Made by a program: the position numbers and the translations under genes | In this document: in pieces, positions 19,914 through 29,153 of the stretch | Numbering within the stretch: position 1 is the first letter of the stretch | Layout of the letters: each line of letters starts with the position of its first letter | The notes under the pieces: model-generated | Databases searched by the model: none | Seen by the model: the letters and a program-made list of their open reading frames with translations, nothing else | What the model was told of the DNA's origin: nothing | Virus record (IMG/VR): IMGVR_UViG_3300047496_000204 | Location: 10,764-74,763 of that record | Length of the DNA: 64,000 nt | Reading direction: 5' to 3' (one strand) | DNA from: a virus

Positions 19914-20630
19914 ATGACTAACTCGGAAAAAGAAGCTGCGGCTTTGCAACTTTTGGATATGTTTGCTCCGGAAGAACTTAATCCGGAACTAGCTCTATAT
20001 GTGGAAACAGGGTCTCATTATCAGATGATTCATCATCGGTTAATGATACAAGTTCCGTATAATGAAACGCTAAACAAAATTGCAAACGCCCAATTTAAAT
20101 TCAAAAAAGAAAAGCTTCAAGCGGCAATTGATTCTGAAAATTGGCCATCTTACGTATTCATTCATGAGAGGCCATATCGTATCGAAGCACTTCAAGAAGT
20201 TCTATTCGATTTTTATCCCTCTGACGAAGTGGCTCTTTCTTTGATCGCTTCAGTTTGGGTTGATAGCGAAAACATTTATCAAAATTTTGAATCGTGGCAA
20301 GAGATTTGGAATTATGCAGCCAATGTAGATAACCGGCATAAATTTCTGATGAATACCGAAGAAATAGCGGCTCTTGCGGCCATGCCTGACACCATTGAAA
20401 TCTATCGCGGAACTTCATATGAATCCTCAATTAAGGGAATGTCGTGGACAACGAATAAGAAAAAAGCCATATGGTTTGCCCAGAGAATGTGTAACCTAGA
20501 TCAGGGGCCATTGTTAGCGTCTGCCATGGTTAAAAAAGAAAATGTTTTGGCTTTCTTCCAAGGTCGGAATGAAAGTGAAATTGTTGTTGATCCAGAGAAA
20601 ATTGAAAATCTGGTTAGACAAGTTGTTTGA
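19914..20630 (+). CDS. Putative ADP-ribosyltransferase-fold protein (R-S-E type)
   Basis: IYRG, MSWTT and RNESEIVV in canonical order. Confidence 0.55.
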   Translation: MTNSEKEAAALQLLDMFAPEELNPELALYVETGSHYQMIHHRLMIQVPYNETLNKIANAQFKFKKEKLQAAIDSENWPSYVFIHERPYRIEALQEVLFDFYPSDEVALSLIASVWVDSENIYQNFESWQEIWNYAANVDNRHKFLMNTEEIAALAAMPDTIEIYRGTSYESSIKGMSWTTNKKKAIWFAQRMCNLDQGPLLASAMVKKENVLAFFQGRNESEIVVDPEKIENLVRQVV

Positions 20631-20793
20631 CAGAATTTTGAGGAATAAATGACGCCCTGGTTTAAGAAAGTATGACAGCATCATACGACGATGGAATAAT
20701 GATGAGTTGAGCCTTGCAGATGCAGCAAGAGAATTGCATTGGCTAGGTTTTAACCCAATTGCCGCATGGCATCATCTCGAAAGAATTTAAAAA

Positions 20794-21387
20794 ATGATGA
20801 ACGAAAAACTTCCCCTCAAAATTACTTATTATGTAAGCGCATACGATGAAAGCGGGTATGGAGAAAATTGCTCCAAAGATTTCGGAACCGGCCAAGAAGC
20901 CGAAGCCGTAGCTTACGCGAAATCGTTGGAAGCTCGCATGGGAGCGCATGTTTACAAAAAAATATCCATGAATGATGTGATGATCAAAATCTTCCCAAAT
21001 GCGGAAGAGCCAATTCATTTAGAAAATAGAGCATGGTTTATCATGCGCCTTGATTTGCCGATGACACAAGGTAAGTTTGGCGTTCAGATCGGACATGGAA
21101 CTGACTTCATTCATATGATTGGATATAAAAATCCTTTCTACGAAAATTGGATTGATCCTGCTTGTGGGAACCGCCGTAAGATCGTTCTCAAGGCTAAGAC
21201 ACTCTCTGATATAGAAAAGCTTAAAGTCATCTGTGACGGACACGGAATGATTACAAAAATGATTGAAGACCGGGGTCTAACCGAGTTTGACGGGCCAACG
21301 ATTACCGGTATGGTGATCCTGCCCCACAATAATGATATTCCGACTGCGTTGAAGAGAACTCAAGTATGGAAATCAACTGATGGATGA
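20794..21387 (+). CDS. pth2: Peptidyl-tRNA hydrolase type II with an N-terminal extension
   Basis: RLDLPMTQGKFGVQIGHG, KIVLK and IEDRGLTEF. Confidence 0.8.
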   Translation: MMNEKLPLKITYYVSAYDESGYGENCSKDFGTGQEAEAVAYAKSLEARMGAHVYKKISMNDVMIKIFPNAEEPIHLENRAWFIMRLDLPMTQGKFGVQIGHGTDFIHMIGYKNPFYENWIDPACGNRRKIVLKAKTLSDIEKLKVICDGHGMITKMIEDRGLTEFDGPTITGMVILPHNNDIPTALKRTQVWKSTDG

Positions 21388-21609
21388 TTTTGAAGCAGAA
21401 ATTCTTTCTGCGGTGGAAACATTAGATGAAAAAGCTTATTCAGCAGAAATAACTCGATATTATCAAATAAACTTCTGAGAAATGTTACAATTTCGCAAGT
21501 TTATATTACATTGCGTCGTCTAGAAAAGAGAAATATTCTGCATTCTGGATTTTCTAAACCAATCTCTAAAAGAGGTGGTCGTAGAAAAAGAATTTTTGGA
21601 TTTGTTTAA
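21380..21609 (+). pseudogene. Frameshifted PadR-like winged-helix regulator
   Basis: FEAEILSAV...AYSAEI, then a frame change to VTISQVYITLRRLEKR...RGGRRKR. Confidence 0.7.
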
Positions 21610-21981
21610 ATGCCTTTTATTGCTCTTCGCACTAACGCATTGGCCAGCCGGTCAGCATACGATAAACGCAATAAAGGTGAATTAAAAAGTAAGACATCTA
21701 ATCTTGAATTGGAGTTATTATACAAATCCCAAATGATATATAATCTTCGTTATAATTTTATTTTACCAGTATCACAAAGTTGGTTGATAAATGAAATAGA
21801 CATGTGGATTGATGTTATAGAAAATAATAACATTCATAGGTTTGATGATTATACAATATGGTATATTTTAAAAAATAAATATGCCGAAGAAATTACAACG
21901 CAACGTGCTGTTTATTTTAGTTCGCGATTAAATTTTAAAACAGAAATAGACGCAACCATGGCGAAAATGCTTTTATCATGA
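21610..21981 (+). CDS. Member of the F-x5-DAxxF(K/R)LxW-like small-protein family
   Basis: Ends FKTEIDATMAKMLLS. Confidence 0.65.
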   Translation: MPFIALRTNALASRSAYDKRNKGELKSKTSNLELELLYKSQMIYNLRYNFILPVSQSWLINEIDMWIDVIENNNIHRFDDYTIWYILKNKYAEEITTQRAVYFSSRLNFKTEIDATMAKMLLS

Positions 21982-22000
21982 TTTATCATACGCATAATAA

Positions 22001-22195
22001 TTGGCACTATATTATCACGAAAAAATTCCAGAAGTTGATATCTCATTGCCGTGGGGATACCCATCATGGGATTATGGCTACGGAAATACTAATTGGAACC
22101 CGGCGCATGAATGCCCAGAGTATCTTCGTACAAAATATTGGATGAGTTTTAGACATAAAGAACAAGGCGCCATTTTTAGATTGATGTTCTTGTAA
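22001..22195 (+). CDS. Small-protein family member
   Basis: Ends FRHKEQGAIFRLMFL. Confidence 0.55.
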   Translation: MALYYHEKIPEVDISLPWGYPSWDYGYGNTNWNPAHECPEYLRTKYWMSFRHKEQGAIFRLMFL

Positions 22196-22492
22196 TGGCT
22201 CGTCGTATAATCATTCCTGTTTTATTAGACGAACTGAAATTAAAACTAAACCCATTACTTGATATTGATATTGAACTAATTTATGCCGCCCAAAAAATAC
22301 ATAATATGTATTATACATTTACGATGCCATATAAAGGAGGCCAATTGATTAGCGAATTTTCGAAAAAAATTGAAGAATTCCATTCACGAATTTTCTGATT
22401 ATGCCGCTTGGTATATAATTGAAACCACATCTATTCGGTTTTGCTTCAAAACAGAAATAGACGCAATCATGGCGAAAATGCTCATATCATAA
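22195..22492 (+). pseudogene. Frameshifted paralog of 21610..21981
   Basis: Second frame reads IHEFSDYAAWYI...FKTEIDAIMAKMLIS. Confidence 0.6.
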
Positions 22493-22569
22493 TGGTAGGC
22501 CGGGTGGGACTCGAACCCACGACCGTTCGATTAAAAGTCGAAAGCTCTATACCACTGAGCTACCGGCCC
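22493..22569 (-). tRNA. tRNA-Lys(TTT)
   Basis: Full cloverleaf, TTCGA-CTTTTAA-TCGAA, encoded CCA. Confidence 0.95.
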
Positions 22570-22899
22570 ATCCATTTATATACATTATATTCTATTAGAT
22601 GATTCGTCAAGAGGTTATATCAGTAATTTTTACATAGACAGGTCTAAAAGTATCTAGAAAGTATTGTAATAAAGGCATCAATTTATTTTCTCTGTAAGTT
22701 GGTGGTGATCGCCATGGCGGCCTATGCCATGGCGGCCGATTATTTTTTGGTGTAATTAGATAACGAAACAAATTCATTACCGATATATTTTTCATATTCA
22801 TTAAATCGTTGATAAATTTTAGCACCATCGCATCTTGAACAGAATAGCTTTACGAACATCTCTTATTTTTGACGGATTGGCGATATTGAAGAAATGAAT

Positions 22900-23044
22900 T
22901 GGTGCGCCGACTTGGATTTGAACCAAGGACCAGACCGTTTGCGCCTTTTTTGGGATCGAACCAAAGATTAAATCCTAACCATAGAAAGGCATTCACTATT
23001 ACTTGTATGAGCGGTCGGCTCTAACCGGACTGAGCTACCGGCGC
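22900..23044 (-). tRNA. tRNA-Met/Ile2(CAT) with a 67-nt insertion at 37/38 (22939-23005)
   Basis: GACCG-CTCATA[insert]A-CGGTC; intact D arm, T arm and CCA. Confidence 0.8.
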
Positions 23045-23212
23045 ATTAACTTTTTCAGAACTTCCAGAAACGATCTACGAATGCTTTTATAGCAAATCCT
23101 GCACAGATAGCAATGATCAAAAGCGAAAGGATTAGGAATTGTATAAGTGCGGCGAGAATCCAGGAGATAAACAATCCGACTATAATTCCGGAATAAAAGT
23201 TAGAAGAGTTCA

Positions 23213-23521
23213 TCAATCCATCCTACTGACTTCGAACGTTCCGTCAGGTTGAGTGATAGATACCCAAGCGTGTTCGTAGACACGAATGGTTTCATCGCGC
23301 AGCCTAGTTTCCCAGAGCACTCGTAGAGCGGGATCGCCAGGATATTGGATATTTCCATCTGAAAGCAGCTTAAAGCCGCTCATAGGGTTCCAGCCGCCAC
23401 CATAGGAATAATTATCTTCAATTTGTTTGGAGGCGGGACGAGCATCGAATTCTGCTATAAGATTTGGAATAAGTCCCAAATGATCCATAACAGCGGCGGG
23501 ATGAACTTTTTGCCAAATCAT
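23213..23521 (-). CDS. Hypothetical protein
   Basis: ORF with AAGG SD. Confidence 0.65.
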   Translation of the reverse strand: MIWQKVHPAAVMDHLGLIPNLIAEFDARPASKQIEDNYSYGGGWNPMSGFKLLSDGNIQYPGDPALRVLWETRLRDETIRVYEHAWVSITQPDGTFEVSRMD

Positions 23522-23753
23522 TGATCTTTTGCCTTAGTGAGAGTGAGCGTCATAGGAGATACCCACAAAAATTGATAGGTGCTTTTGTTTCGACCACTTC
23601 TAGTATGAAGCCATCCGCAAATACTTACCCAGATCGCGAAAACACTATCCAAAAGATATCCGTTTATCTTAATCATTTTAGTCTCCTATCATAAGGATAT
23701 CACAAATTAGTCTCCTATCATAAGGATATCACAAAAATATTTTTTGAAAAGAG

Positions 23754-23996
23754 TTATTTCCACATCAATTTAAAATGGATGGCGTCAATAATGGATATAA
23801 AACAAAATATAAAATAATATTCTACTTCTTCTCGTATACGCAGAGAAAACCTATATTCTTGTTGGCAGTTTTCTAATAACCAATCTTCTTTTGGAAAATC
23901 GTCGTTTTGATATATTTCAACAATGTTCTTATATTCGTCGGGAATTATATCAAAACGGTTTATATATCTGTTTATGCTTGAAAGCATTATTGCCAA
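23754..23996 (-). CDS. Small-protein family member
   Basis: Ends DAIHFKLMWK. Confidence 0.65.
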   Translation of the reverse strand: MAIMLSSINRYINRFDIIPDEYKNIVEIYQNDDFPKEDWLLENCQQEYRFSLRIREEVEYYFIFCFISIIDAIHFKLMWK

Positions 23997-24226
23997 CGCA
24001 TCTTGAAATGAATGGCATCTTTTATCTCTTCAAAATAAAAAGTCCAATTATAAAAAAAATCTTTATTTGACGTATTAACAATTATTTTCCACGTATATCT
24101 AAAGTTATCGCAATTATCATGCGTCCATAGTTTCCACTCATGAAAATTCTCAAAATGGCGCGATTCAGTTCTTAAAATAATTTTATAAGGAAACCGTTCA
24201 GATTCTTTTGGAAGATAACGTCTCAT
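23987..24226 (-). CDS. Small-protein family member
   Basis: Ends DAIHFKMRWQ. Confidence 0.7.
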   Translation of the reverse strand: MRRYLPKESERFPYKIILRTESRHFENFHEWKLWTHDNCDNFRYTWKIIVNTSNKDFFYNWTFYFEEIKDAIHFKMRWQ

Positions 24227-24462
24227 TTCAGTTCAAATTTCAAATTTTCCAAAAAATCAGTTCCAGAAAGTTCTTCCAATGTAGAAATCTTTCTGCTTAG
24301 AAAAATTCTGCCGACAAATTCAGCCAGAACGTCAAAATGAATAGTTACTTCCATTGTTGGTGTTCCAATATGTTCATCATTATCCCACTCTCTGATAAGA
24401 ACACATGTAGGATCGCCATCATGGATGAAAACATAGTTTTCGATTTTTGTGGAATGACTCAC
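24223..24462 (-). CDS. Hypothetical protein
   Basis: Start moved to a GTG downstream of the tRNA it would otherwise overlap. Confidence 0.45.
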   Translation of the reverse strand: MSHSTKIENYVFIHDGDPTCVLIREWDNDEHIGTPTMEVTIHFDVLAEFVGRIFLSRKISTLEELSGTDFLENLKFELK

Positions 24463-24483
24463 AGTTTTGTCTTTCAAAAAAGT

Positions 24484-24614
24484 TGGTGCCCTCGGTCGGA
24501 TTCGAACCGACACTTGCGAGATTTTTGGGCGACGATTCCGGGTTTGCACCGTAATAGGGCGTGATTACCCTTTTCATCGAAGTCTCGTGCCTCTGCCAGT
24601 TGGGCTACGAGGGC
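24484..24614 (-). tRNA. tRNA-Leu (probably TAA after excision) with a 54-nt anticodon insertion (24526-24579)
   Basis: Leu-type D arm, CGAGA-CTT[insert]AAAA-TCTCG, CCA. Confidence 0.8.
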
Positions 24615-24662
24615 ATTTGTAATTTTATATCATGATTGATGAGTTAATCAAGGAATTCCTAT

Positions 24663-24746
24663 TGGTGCCCCTCCCCGGATTCGAACCGGGACTCCTTTCG
24701 GAAAAGCATTTTGAGTGCTCCGCGTCTACCATTCCGCCAGAGAGGC
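24663..24746 (-). tRNA. tRNA-Leu(CAA)
   Basis: GAGCA-CTCAAAA-TGCTT, variable arm, CCA. Confidence 0.92.
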
Positions 24747-24800
24747 ATTAACATTTTTAGGATAGAGAAACGAACAGATATTGTCAATCAAAATATGTAG

Positions 24801-25088
24801 TTGTATTATGCAACTATGCAAAGAATTGTTTTGAAAAATTTACCAAGCATTCGAGAGAAGATGCTTTCGGAAACAAAAGAAACAATATCACCTCTTGGTT
24901 GGTGGAAATATACACCAGTCTTCAATGAAATATATGATTGGATGCAAGAAAATTGTAAAGGTAGATGGAAACAAGAATATGTTTGGTGTACCGAGCATCA
25001 CAATATTTTGAGTCCATATCATCAAGCAATAGGAATAAGATTTGATGATGACGCAGATGCAATATTTTTTAAATTGAGGTGGTCATGA
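24801..25088 (+). CDS. Small-protein family member
   Basis: Ends DAIFFKLRWS. Confidence 0.7.
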   Translation: MYYATMQRIVLKNLPSIREKMLSETKETISPLGWWKYTPVFNEIYDWMQENCKGRWKQEYVWCTEHHNILSPYHQAIGIRFDDDADAIFFKLRWS

Positions 25089-25387
25089 AAAAACTTAAAT
25101 TAAAGAATTTAGTTCGTAGAGAATTTTTAACAGAAGATCAACAAGAACTTGATATGTATGTGTGGAATACTGGTCGTAAATTGGAAACAATTGACAATTG
25201 GACCAGTATTCATGCTTGGTTAGACGAGAATGTCGGCCCAAAGTTTAAAGAAGGAAAAAATGAAGATGCCAAATGGTCGTGGGGGTGGGAAAGAAACCTT
25301 GATGAGGATGGATATTTTCAATCATCGGCGTGTTTTTATTTCACTGATTATGTAGATATGATTCATTTTAAGTTGAGGTGGGCATGA
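25085..25387 (+). CDS. Small-protein family member
   Basis: Ends DMIHFKLRWA. Confidence 0.7.
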   Translation: MKKLKLKNLVRREFLTEDQQELDMYVWNTGRKLETIDNWTSIHAWLDENVGPKFKEGKNEDAKWSWGWERNLDEDGYFQSSACFYFTDYVDMIHFKLRWA

Positions 25388-25388
25388 A

Positions 25389-25835
25389 ATGAATGTTCCT
25401 TCAATTAAAGATGCAACAACCGGTCGTGAATATTTTTACATGCCCGAAATAAATTTAAAGTGGTCAGATTTTTCTTATTGGATGCATTATAATATAGGTA
25501 CTCTTTTTCACGATTGGGATTGGCGTTATATTTCTTTAGATCGATCTATGTTTGTATGGTGCGCCAATCCATCAAATATTGAAATAATACAAAATAGATG
25601 GGTTAATAAATCTCTTTATCATATAAACACCACTTATATTTCGTATGACGAAGAATGGTTTGCTGAAAACAAAATTATATATGTGGTAGATGAAAATTTT
25701 GAAAATAGTCGAGCGGTGCAACATACCTGGATTAACTACCTAAATACAAATACTCATTATGTATTAAAAACTTTTTATAATTTAAGTTTTTCACATATTA
25801 ATGATATAATATTCTTCAAGATGCGATGGCAATAA
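25389..25835 (+). CDS. Small-protein family member (longer, possibly two repeats)
   Basis: Ends DIIFFKMRWQ. Confidence 0.7.
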   Translation: MNVPSIKDATTGREYFYMPEINLKWSDFSYWMHYNIGTLFHDWDWRYISLDRSMFVWCANPSNIEIIQNRWVNKSLYHINTTYISYDEEWFAENKIIYVVDENFENSRAVQHTWINYLNTNTHYVLKTFYNLSFSHINDIIFFKMRWQ

Positions 25836-25836
25836 T

Positions 25837-26088
25837 ATGCATGAGTATCAAATACGGCCAAGACACTTTATAGACTATCCATACAAAATGGCTGTCTCGA
25901 AATTATCTAATTTAATGGATTTATGCGAAACTACGGTATTACCGGAAGAAGTTAAAGAATGGATGATTTCCAATCATATAAGTGATTGGGGTTGGAATTG
26001 GATAGCCGTTTCTAATTTTCGTAACGATCTTTTCTACATGTTCGCCAATGAAAACGATGCGATATATTTTAAATTAAGATGGTCGTAA
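25837..26088 (+). CDS. Small-protein family member
   Basis: Ends DAIYFKLRWS. Confidence 0.7.
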   Translation: MHEYQIRPRHFIDYPYKMAVSKLSNLMDLCETTVLPEEVKEWMISNHISDWGWNWIAVSNFRNDLFYMFANENDAIYFKLRWS

Positions 26089-26148
26089 TATTTTCTTGAC
26101 GAAATAAAAATATATGCTAATCGTTATATAACCAGACGAGGCAAAATA

Positions 26149-27006
26149 ATGATCAAAATACTTTTTCCATTGGTAGTCCTTTTGATGGCTGAAACAGCAT
26201 TTGCTGAGACAGTTGATTCAAAAGTTGATTATGCTTTTGACACCAGCGGAAAGACTGCTCTGCATGTAACAGCGGATGATTATGTTGGAACCCTTGGTGT
26301 GGGTGCCGCATATACTCGTTTCACTACCTCTATTGGAACGTATAATAGTGCGGGTCTTCAACTTTTGGTAGACTATAAAATTTCAAATTATTCAATTAAC
26401 GGTCGTATTGGTGTGGCTGATTATAACGTAACGCCATATTTTCTCGGAAACATTTCGTTGGCCGATAAACTAACGAAACATATCACTATTTCAACGGGCA
26501 TTACGGGAGATATTGTAGATTCGGTGAAAAGTCTTAAGACTGGAACATCCGTATCTGGATACAATATTAATGCCGAAATAAATTATGGGCCGTTTGACAC
26601 CTTAATTACTGGAAAGCAAAGTTTTTATTCGAACGGGAACATTCAATCGGGCGTGATTGCCAGGACATATGTTAAACTTATTGATGGATTCAATCTGTAT
26701 ACCTCCCAACGGTATATCGTAAATTCCTTACCTTCGAATGGATATTTCTTTTCGCCACCTGATTATTCTCGTTTCAAGTTTGGCGCAGAATTTAAGAAAT
26801 CTTGGAAGGGTTATACGGTCTCTGGATCATATGATCGCGGCGTTGCCACTTCATATGGTAGAAGTGTTGATGTTAGTGCGTGGAAAGCTGGAATTGAAAA
26901 GAAAATCAAACCAGATTTATCCATTGCTGTAAATGCTGGATTTGATTTGAGCGACACCAATTATGTATATCATTTTGTGAATATAGGCTTCAATAAGTCA
27001 TTTTAA
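26149..27006 (+). CDS. Outer-membrane beta-barrel-like protein
   Basis: Signal peptide ending TAFA, alternating beta-strand pattern, YFFSPPDY loop, C-terminal Phe. Confidence 0.7.
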   Translation: MIKILFPLVVLLMAETAFAETVDSKVDYAFDTSGKTALHVTADDYVGTLGVGAAYTRFTTSIGTYNSAGLQLLVDYKISNYSINGRIGVADYNVTPYFLGNISLADKLTKHITISTGITGDIVDSVKSLKTGTSVSGYNINAEINYGPFDTLITGKQSFYSNGNIQSGVIARTYVKLIDGFNLYTSQRYIVNSLPSNGYFFSPPDYSRFKFGAEFKKSWKGYTVSGSYDRGVATSYGRSVDVSAWKAGIEKKIKPDLSIAVNAGFDLSDTNYVYHFVNIGFNKSF

Positions 27007-27040
27007 TCGAAAATCATTTTTGCGGGTTTTTTATAAGGCA

Positions 27041-27132
27041 TGGTAGTCCTGCTTGGATTCGAACCAAGATCACGCTCCAGTCCGGAGCTTACAGAGTATA
27101 AATCTGCTGCACTACCGTTGTGCTACAGGACC
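27041..27132 (-). tRNA. tRNA-Ile(TAT) with a long variable arm
   Basis: GCAGA-TTTATAC-TCTGT, GCTCC/GGAGC variable stem, CCA. Confidence 0.85.
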
Positions 27133-27139
27133 ATTGTTT

Positions 27140-28168
27140 TTAGTAAGCAAATTTCGATTTGAAATAATTCTTTTGGCTTCCGTTAAAAATTTCAGCGATA
27201 GTATATTCTTTTGCTTTTGTATCAAGTGTTTTACCAATAGATTTAGCGGCGGCTTGAGCTTCAATTTCGGTAAGAGGACGGAAATTCAAGACATCAAAAC
27301 ACCTACCAGGACGAAGAAAGGCTTCGTCAATTTTAGATGAATCTTTAATGTTAGCGGTGAAAATAAATTTCTTTTTTGAAAGTGGCACTAAACCATCCGC
27401 CGCATTCAAAATCTTGCTCATGGTAGCATTACTATCATGACCACGAGACCCAAGAATAAGATCGCTATCTTCAAGCATGAGATAGTTGAAATTTCTTGAT
27501 GAAATAAAAGTGATGTAGATTTCATCACCGGCCATGATGCTTTCGTCATATGTAGTCATTGCATTTTTACTAAAACGTTGCATTATGTATCGCAAAAAAG
27601 AAGTTTTACCAGTTCCAGGATCGCCTAATAACAGTAGAATGTTGGCAGAAGATTCGTCAAAATCTTTTATATATTGATCGACATCTTCTATCCATGGATA
27701 GAATTCTGGCCGGAAAATCATTTTTGTATCAATAGAAAAATCTGCATTCTGAATATTATTTCCAGCTTTATACCACCAAGTTAAAATAGGATTGGAACCT
27801 TCTTTAAAGTCATTAATTTTGTTGTAGAACTTTTCTAATACATTTACCGGACCATAAATATTAACCGTTGCTTCCCTTTTAATTTTAGTAAAAGGCTCTT
27901 CATTTGACATGAAAATCTCAATATATAAATTTTCATCATAAATCGTAATTTGACCTAATGCCGTATATTTCTTTACTTTTTCACTAAAGAAATTTCCGCA
28001 AATAGTTGAAACTGTATTGAAATAAGTATCAGTAAGAAATAGCATATCTATGCTAATATTGAATTCTGGATTATGAACTTCCATCCAATCATTAAACAAT
28101 TTTAAATGAAGCAGATCATCATTGGTGTTTTTATTATACGTAAAAACAGAAGCTATTTCAGTAGTCAT
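27140..28168 (-). CDS. AAA+ ATPase
   Basis: GDPGTGKT, LMLEDSD, FTAN and FLRPGRCFD (arginine finger). Confidence 0.9.
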   Translation of the reverse strand: MTTEIASVFTYNKNTNDDLLHLKLFNDWMEVHNPEFNISIDMLFLTDTYFNTVSTICGNFFSEKVKKYTALGQITIYDENLYIEIFMSNEEPFTKIKREATVNIYGPVNVLEKFYNKINDFKEGSNPILTWWYKAGNNIQNADFSIDTKMIFRPEFYPWIEDVDQYIKDFDESSANILLLLGDPGTGKTSFLRYIMQRFSKNAMTTYDESIMAGDEIYITFISSRNFNYLMLEDSDLILGSRGHDSNATMSKILNAADGLVPLSKKKFIFTANIKDSSKIDEAFLRPGRCFDVLNFRPLTEIEAQAAAKSIGKTLDTKAKEYTIAEIFNGSQKNYFKSKFAY

Positions 28169-28197
28169 TTTTTTCCATGTTTAAGTAAGAGATAGGG

Positions 28198-28271
28198 TAG
28201 ACTCGGAAGGACTTGAACCTTCAAAATACCAGCTTGATGCTGGCAGCGTATACCAATTCCGCCACGAGTCT
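28198..28271 (-). tRNA. tRNA-like gene with TCA anticodon (non-canonical A33/G38)
   Basis: AGACTCG/CGAGTCT acceptor, GCCAG-CATCAAG-CTGGT, canonical T arm. Confidence 0.55.
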
Positions 28272-28274
28272 ATA

Positions 28275-28514
28275 TTAGTTTTTAGTTTTTGTTAACTTTC
28301 CAAATTGTTCGTCAAGAGATTTAATATGCCCGAACTTGGCGCCCGATGCAATTTCTGAAATGCGTCCTTGATTACAATCGAATAATGATGCAATTCTTTT
28401 TTGCTGATGTCCCAATTTTAAAAGCAATTTAATCGTTGCCGCTGCGTCTTCATCAATCGGTTCAGACCGTTGAGTAATATGGGTATCAACCGCTTTTTTG
28501 GTTAAAAAATTCAT
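28275..28514 (-). CDS. Small helix-turn-helix protein
   Basis: QQKRIASLFDCNQGRISEIASG. Confidence 0.65.
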   Translation of the reverse strand: MNFLTKKAVDTHITQRSEPIDEDAAATIKLLLKLGHQQKRIASLFDCNQGRISEIASGAKFGHIKSLDEQFGKLTKTKN

Positions 28515-28515
28515 T

Positions 28516-28722
28516 TTACTCGAAGTCGCTGATAGCTTCTTGAATTTCTGTTTCTGTTTTAGAAACCCAATTTAAGATTTTACCGGTTTCAGTATCTATT
28601 TCAAGACGAATATAATCACCACCAATACCAAGACCATATGGCACATAACCATCATAGTCGATAGTTCCTGCGCGGAGATTAAACATATCGGAAACTTTTC
28701 CGGAGATCGTCATGATAGCCAT
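28516..28722 (-). CDS. Hypothetical phage protein
   Basis: ORF only. Confidence 0.6.
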   Translation of the reverse strand: MAIMTISGKVSDMFNLRAGTIDYDGYVPYGLGIGGDYIRLEIDTETGKILNWVSKTETEIQEAISDFE

Positions 28723-28767
28723 ATGAACCTACTATGATATTTTTTGAGGAATGTAAACGAAAAATTT

Positions 28768-28850
28768 TGGCACACCGAATTGGATTCGAACCAACCTTCT
28801 CAACTCCTGCTACGGATACTGCGTTCGAAGCGCAGCCCGGTTATCGGTGC
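28768..28850 (-). tRNA. D-armless tRNA-like gene, TCG (Arg) anticodon, long variable region
   Basis: GCACCGA/TCGGTGT, CTGCG-CTTCGAA-CGCAG, T arm, G-CCA; only 8 nt between acceptor and anticodon stems. Confidence 0.6.
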
Positions 28851-28889
28851 ATGATAAATAAAAGAAAGCTCAACGAAAAGAATTTGATC

Positions 28890-29153
28890 ATGTTTAATAT
28901 GAGAGATGTAATTAATAAATTACAAGAAAGTACGAAATTAAACGAACATACTAATATTTACACAGATCAAGCTAAAAGATTGTTAGATCAAGCAAATATT
29001 ATTAGAAAACAATTCGATAAATCTTGTTCGATCCCAGCAGGGTTCACCATTATTCCATTCTGTCATCCACCGCGCTACGAACGCGGGGGTAGGGGGTTCG
29101 ATTCCCTCATGCGGCGAACCAGCTACACGGAGGTTAAAAGTCTCCTGTGTTAA
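28890..29153 (+). pseudogene. Truncated late gene running into the scrambled tRNA locus
   Basis: GATAAATA at 28853-28860, MFNMRDVINKLQES start; reads into tRNA fragments after about 29025. Confidence 0.45.
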
